From: Perkinsus chesapeaki ATCC PRA-425
Lineage: Eukaryota; Protista; Perkinsozoa
DNA: 64,000 nt
Direction of reading: 5' to 3'
Assembly (NCBI GenBank): GCA_013115145.1
Contig: JAAPAO010000097.1
Location: 15,347 to 79,346, forward strand
The position numbers and the translations under genes were made by a program. Shown one piece after another: positions 58,372 through 64,000 of this stretch (its first letter is position 1; every line of letters begins with the position of its first letter). A model generated the notes under the pieces. That model had not been told where the DNA came from. It ran no database searches and saw only the letters and a list, made by a program, of their open reading frames with translations.

Positions 58372-58430
58372 GTGTGACATGATATGTGTAGGCATGACTA
58401 TGTGTGACATGATATGTGTAGGCATGACTA
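58372..58430. repeat. 30-bp-period tandem duplication downstream of the MULE
   Basis: GTGTGACATGATATGTGTAGGCATGACTA at 58372 and 58402. Confidence 0.9.
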
Positions 58431-58997
58431 CGCCTGTATCATGAATTGCTCAAGTGAAGCGTTATGGCACGTACTGTGACACGTTTAAGCTGACTCACGT
58501 TTGACACAGATCTGATCAGGCAAGACTACATAATAGTCGTCGACTATGTGTGATGTCCCGCGATCAAGCTTGACTGCGTGCGATGTGACATTTACATGTT
58601 AATCACGGTAATGGCATGCCATGGTGTCATTGAGATGTACAGAACGGTTGCGTGGAGTAAGCACATTACTCTCCAAGCATTCGCAGCAGAACTTGTTGGC
58701 AAACACAAGGCCAGCAGCATGCATAAGAGTATGATTGAAGCAAATGCAAATACGTAAATAGAGCCGTCGTGGACTCGCACCACCACAAGCTCGAATTCCG
58801 GAGCTAAATAAGAATACTAGCACTCACACGCACTCAGTTTGTATAACCTGCTCGAACAAAAATACGACCAGTGCTGCAGGATTCATACACTTACCGGTAC
58901 TTAAGCCGATAGCGACGACTGCTAACAGTCTAAAATGAAATATATGGCGCGCGAGAAGTTTTGTGGCGCGCAAGAATTTAATGAACACAAGCTCGGA

Positions 58998-59484
58998 TGT
59001 GCCCGTCGTAGGTTTGGTCGAAGTCTGGCATTATACTCATCATTCGTGCGCTGGAGCGGCCGTAGGCCGCTCTGCAGCAACTGTGAGTCGGCCGTAGGCC
59101 GATTGGAGCGCAATTGGGTGTTCTCGGGTGCCCTGCAGAGACTCGTGGTGACAGCCAAGTTGGCTGTTGTGGTAACCAACTCTCTCGAGAACTCAATTCA
59201 CGGACTCAAGTAGTTTTGATACCCTTCAGATCACTTGTGTAGGAGATGCTGTCGCACGACGAGAGGAGTAGCGTCGAGGAGAAACTCTCTCAAAACAAGT
59301 CTTATGAAAACTGCCTACAAAGAGCCAAGTAATCACGACACGACAAGTCTCAAACAATAATGATTTATCAGTTACAATTAACGGACTGCACGCATGCGCA
59401 AGTAGCACGCAAGCACACAGCGCGGCGGCGCCCCGCGCAACGACCGAACTTCGGCATAATAGAGGTTTACGGACACAGGACACA
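58998..59484 (-). repeat. Candidate 3' LTR (about 487 bp) of the Ty3/gypsy element
   Basis: On the minus strand it starts TGTGTCC immediately after the element's last stop codon and ends GGGCACA (TG...CA, 6/7 inverted termini). The 5' LTR is outside the window, so this cannot be confirmed. Confidence 0.5.
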
Positions 59485-62400
59485 TCAGTTGCCGCCCGGA
59501 GCCATGGACACGCCGATCTCGGACAGTCTCCTCATAACTTCGGCAGGAATCTTCATCATCTTCGTCATACTGAAACTGCCACTGCGGAAACTACTCATGG
59601 GTAACCGCACTCGATATAGGCGAAATCCTCTCTCTGGCTGAAGGCGGAAGTGACCGTGGCTACGATCAGTGTACAAGGGCCGAAAAACCTTCGTCGATGC
59701 CTCCATGTCGTAGACTTGCACCTCCACACTCGATCCGAACTTCTTCTCGACCTTGACCACCACATATGCAGGAACCGTCTTGCCATAGTTGACGTTCGCC
59801 ACAGCGTACTCACCAACCGATAATTGCGCAAGAGTCACCGGACTTCCATGCATAGGCTGATCACGAAACTCGATCTCCACAGGCCTCAAAGATAGTTGAC
59901 GATAGGGAACCCTCTGCTTCTTACCATCTTCCGTACATATCCAGACTGTTTTCGCATTAGGGTCAGCATGCACGTAGTTGTAGTTAGGAGTCCTATCTTC
60001 TTCATTGGCCGGAGCATCGATAACCGTGGCAGCATCCACTAGATTGCCTCTTCTCCACGTAACTTTAGTTCCTGAGACAGCTTGGGGAAACCACCTAAAG
60101 TGGAGCTCTCGATAGTACGCTCAAACCTGAGGTAACCAGCATCATCGAGGTACTTCTGACAGATATCTTCAATATCCTTGACACCTTGATCCTTCTGCGG
60201 AACCAAGTCACCAAAGAATAGTTGTAGAGGGCCTCGACCAATTCCGATAGCACATTCTGCCGGACCCGGCATGGAGCCTTGTCCCACTGAGTGATTATGA
60301 TAATAAGTGGCCAGAGCCAAGGCATAATCCCAGGGTAGTGCTCGGGGTAGTCGATCCATATACATCTTTATCGAGCCAACTGCTCGCTCGGCTAGGCCAT
60401 TGCCTTGGGGATTATACGGCAGCACCCTTTGGCCTTTGAATCCTAGCAGTGACGCCACCATCTCCGTGACGCGCGATCGGTACGCAGGCCCACCGTCGCT
60501 TATCAGGATACGGGGCACGCCAAAGTAGCATATCCACTTCTCCGCCAGCACACGGACCAAGGACCCAGCGTCCTCGCCTGGCACCGGGGAAGAAACCACG
60601 AACCCGCTACCGGCGCATATAAATAGAAGGAAGGCTGTACTTGAAGGGTCGGTAGACTGCGCTAGACCTTTGGGAGGATGACCAAAGTCGCTGTGCACGA
60701 TCTCGAACCGTTTCACCGTAGGAGCTCGGGGATTATCTGCCGTATCCAGATCTGCACCAGCCTTAGTCTCCCAACATGAAGCACATGCCTGTAACACCCT
60801 AGTTGTCTCTCCAGACATCCCAGGCCACCAAACATATCTCCGCAGCGCCTTCAAAGCAGCACGAATATTTCCATGCCCGCAGACATGATGAACCAAACCA
60901 ATAAGATCTCTTCTTAAAGTTGGTACATAACTCTCATCGATCCAATACACGAGGCTCTCCGCCAACGTGCCCTTGGGGATGACGATAACTTTGCGGAACT
61001 CACCGCGATAACATACCAGTTTGTATACCAGGCCGTCCCCGCCCATGGTATATACACCGTCTGTGGGGAGGGAGCCATAAACCTCACACAGTCGAACCGA
61101 GTTGATCTGGGTGTCGGTATCGGCCTTGTAGAGCTGGATGATTTGTGAACGCATCTTGTCGTCAAACGCGAACAAGACGTCCAAAGCGCCAGGCTGGCCA
61201 ATGCCTAGCGTAGGGCCTCCTTCACCAGGGGCCGGACTAGATCCCTCTGGGATCTCGCTTCCTCGGGATATGTCGTCGTGCAATACGCGCTCCACCCAAG
61301 TGGTATCTTCTCCTCGGGATATGTCGTCGTGCAATACGCGCTCCACCCGGGAGACATCATCAGGATCTTCCTGATCATAAATAGCCATACATAGGAATAA
61401 CTTACTGTCTTCCTCGGCTTCGGTCGATATAGGACCGCATTGCTCTCCTGTGAATCGAGAGAAAAAATCACAGAGCCAGTTCCTTTTACCAGGAACATGC
61501 ATGTACTCGAGGGGGACCAGGTTTGTGAGATCCGCGATCTCTCCATACCATCGAGTCCACCTCTGCCTCTGGACTGTACTTCCCGTTGCCGTGACCCCTT
61601 GAGCCAAGAGTCGGCCAAGGGCCGTGGTATTATCGTTACCCACTATTAGGTGCACCGGCTGCGAAGTAGTCCCAACCTTAGCCCAATCATAACTACCCAT
61701 AACCAATTCCTTAGTGATAGCCATGCCACGTATGACACCATACATCTCGCGGTCGAAGTTTACCCACTTCGCTTGAGCTTTCGTCAACTTCCTCGCCGAT
61801 GTAAACACCAACTGTCCACCGAAGTCTTCACGTTGGAAAGCCTCGTCGCCCAATTCGCGAACCATAGCTAATTGCTCACGCGGTACGCGCCACAGCGTCG
61901 CACTCGTGGCGATGGGACTAGTGTCAGTCATCAGGACCCATGCCAAGTTCTCACCCAAGATCTCATCGATTCCATGCCAGACATGTAACCTATTATGACA
62001 ATAACGATAAAGATCAGACCATGCTTGCTTCATCTCGGAGCTTAGCTCGATCTTGGTGTTCTTCCGCACATCTTGCGGCATACGCGCAAGCAAATCATTG
62101 AAAGGAGCTAAAAGGGCTGATAGAGACTTCTCGGCCTTATTAGTAGAGAAGCCGGTCTTGCAGTACTTGATGACTCCTAAAGCAGAGCGTAGAGCGCCAA
62201 CGGTGCTCGGATATTTCTCCAATACACCCGCAAGATCGCTTACTGACTTAGCAGATAGGCGCCAGCCTTCCGCTGACAACTCCAAAGATAGGAAATCAAT
62301 CGTCGGCTGGGGTTCCACCGATCGTTTGGCTGGAGGTATCTCCAGGCCCGCTCCTTCAAGAGCATACACCACCAAGTTGAAGACCTTCAGGCACTCCGTG

Positions 62401-64000
62401 GGGGTATTGGCCACCACGAGTATATCATCAACGTATGGGATTAGATATCCGCCTAGCTCGGGCACGAGTGACTCCAATAGTCTGACTAAACCCGCGCTCC
62501 ACCAGGCGCTGGAATGCTTCCATCCCATAACCAATTTACGATGTAGGAAACAGCGTAATTTCCCACCACCAACAGTGATAACGGCACCAAATAGACTTTG
62601 GGTTTCCATATCATCATCAGTAGCATACTCCATACACCAAAATGCTTGGCGTATGTCCATCTTCATGAAGTACTTAGGCTTGGAGCTATTAATCTTCCCC
62701 AAAGCCTGCATAACACCAGGGGTATAATCCACCCAGCCCGATCCGGGGGTAAAATCTGCCGTAGCGGCATTGGATGGTCTCGCATCGAGTACCAACCGAT
62801 AAAAGTCTCGAACATTTGACTTATTGATCCCCTCTGGCCTCGGGCCCTTATACTTAGGTACAACAAAAACCGGATTAAAATAGACATTGCAGAAAGAGTT
62901 ATCTTTAGTAGGATATACTTCCTCGAAAATACCATCTTCTAACATATAACCGACCAGCCATGTGGTAACATCAGCTTCCTCCTTGGACTTAGGGGGATAA
63001 GGGCGTGGCCTCGGAGGCACACAGTCCTTACGCCTCTTAGCATAAACCTTAGGAAACTCCCACGTCCTCAACCTCGCATCAATTGTAGAGGGATCCAACG
63101 TATCCGATACCAAAGCCATAGCAGCAATCGAAGCACGCCCGGTGCCCGTAAGCAGAACCAAAGGCACCGTGACTCCCAGAAGACCACAAGTGAAAGTAGA
63201 CTGAGGAATAGACACCACTGCCTCCATATCCTCAAGACCTTTCCAACCAAGTAGAACCGTAGGCACTCCTTCCAAGAAGTCTTGTGGGAACACCAAACCA
63301 GATACACGACACCTCTTCCCTCCAAGGGACACCTCGAGGGTAACTTGCCATTCAAGTGAGTGTCGCTGTCCACCAATTCCTTGTACATAACGGGGCTGCT
63401 TCAGCTTACTCCATTTGATACCCAAATTCTTAGCAAGAGATTCAGGGATAAGTGTCTCCCCGTACCCGGTATCTGGAGCCAGATAGACATCTTGAGTCAC
63501 ACGAACTCTAGCATTATAGACGGTCACGAGGACGCCCCATAGGTGACCACCTCGTTCCGCAAATGACTTAGCAACCTTATCATCGGACTTGGACTGAGGG
63601 CGCATCTCCGGATGTAACTTCCAACACTTGTCCTCAGCGTGGCCGAAGTGACCGCAGTGCTCGCACTTAACCTTCACCTTAGATGCCTCCGCCAGGGGTT
63701 GGATAGCGACTCCATGCTTCGCCTTACCGTTAGAAGACGAACCACCTTTAGCTCCAGTACTGAGGTAGCCCACTCCAGAAGTGGAACTTCCGCCAGTTCC
63801 TTTGCCATAACCACCACCATTCTTCTGATAACCACCATAACGATAATCCGTGTTGTCCTTACTAGAGGTCTTAGGCGAGCTAGTAGCTGACTTCTCCCAG
63901 GGGAACTTCTTAGCCGATCGGGAGTCGTACTGCTGCAGCCACTCGCAGACCTGAAAATACTCGACGTCAGTAGCATCTAACTGCTCACGCCTTAGGTAGG
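59485..64000 (-). mobile_element. Ty3/gypsy LTR retrotransposon gag-pol (5' end beyond the window)
   Basis: Order: CCHC knuckle (CEHCGHFGHAEDKC), protease (APDTG), RT (YVDD), RNase H (TDTS, DREM, NDN, CDFFSR), integrase (HHVCGH..CASC, HSDF, ISDGG, NGLAER). The frame is open from the window end to 60039, and the C-terminus continues in another frame to 59485. Confidence 0.95.

Noticed and set aside
53085-58591. Possible MULE terminal inverted repeats (TGTCAC......CGCAGTC near 53085 and 58590)
   Set aside because: Only about 13 of 19 bases match, there is no target-site duplication, and the span would include an unrelated paralog.
61598-61609. 12-nt match (TCTTGGCTCAAG) to the 3' end of the dinoflagellate/Perkinsus spliced leader
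   Set aside because: It is in frame within pol (LLAQG) and the rest of the leader is absent. A 10-nt match near 55937 in the MULE is equally short.

Overview
Intron-rich eukaryotic genomic DNA with GT-AG introns, standard code and AT-rich introns. The gene content resembles an alveolate protist such as Perkinsus (inference only). Genes I can reconstruct by hand: a partial GDT1/TMEM165 transporter, an S28 serine peptidase, a multi-C2-domain gene with a decayed partial copy, dynein regulatory complex subunit 7 (DRC7/CCDC135, about 13 kb, with tRNA-Cys and tRNA-Asp inside its introns), a four-finger RanBP2-type zinc-finger gene, a coiled-coil gene, tRNA-Met, a divergent DBP2/DDX5-like DEAD-box helicase, an FKBP, a secreted GKG-repeat protein and two paralogous Cys-rich secreted proteins. 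Mobile DNA: a LINE 3' fragment, a decayed Mutator-like transposase and a Ty3/gypsy element that runs off the right edge. The most unusual signal is a set of degenerate tRNA halves sitting exactly at 5' splice sites of four unrelated genes (five junctions), plus two more tRNA 3' halves nearby. A second recurring oddity is serial fold-back palindromes with 1-nt loops. Exon boundaries were inferred by eye and are approximate unless stated.
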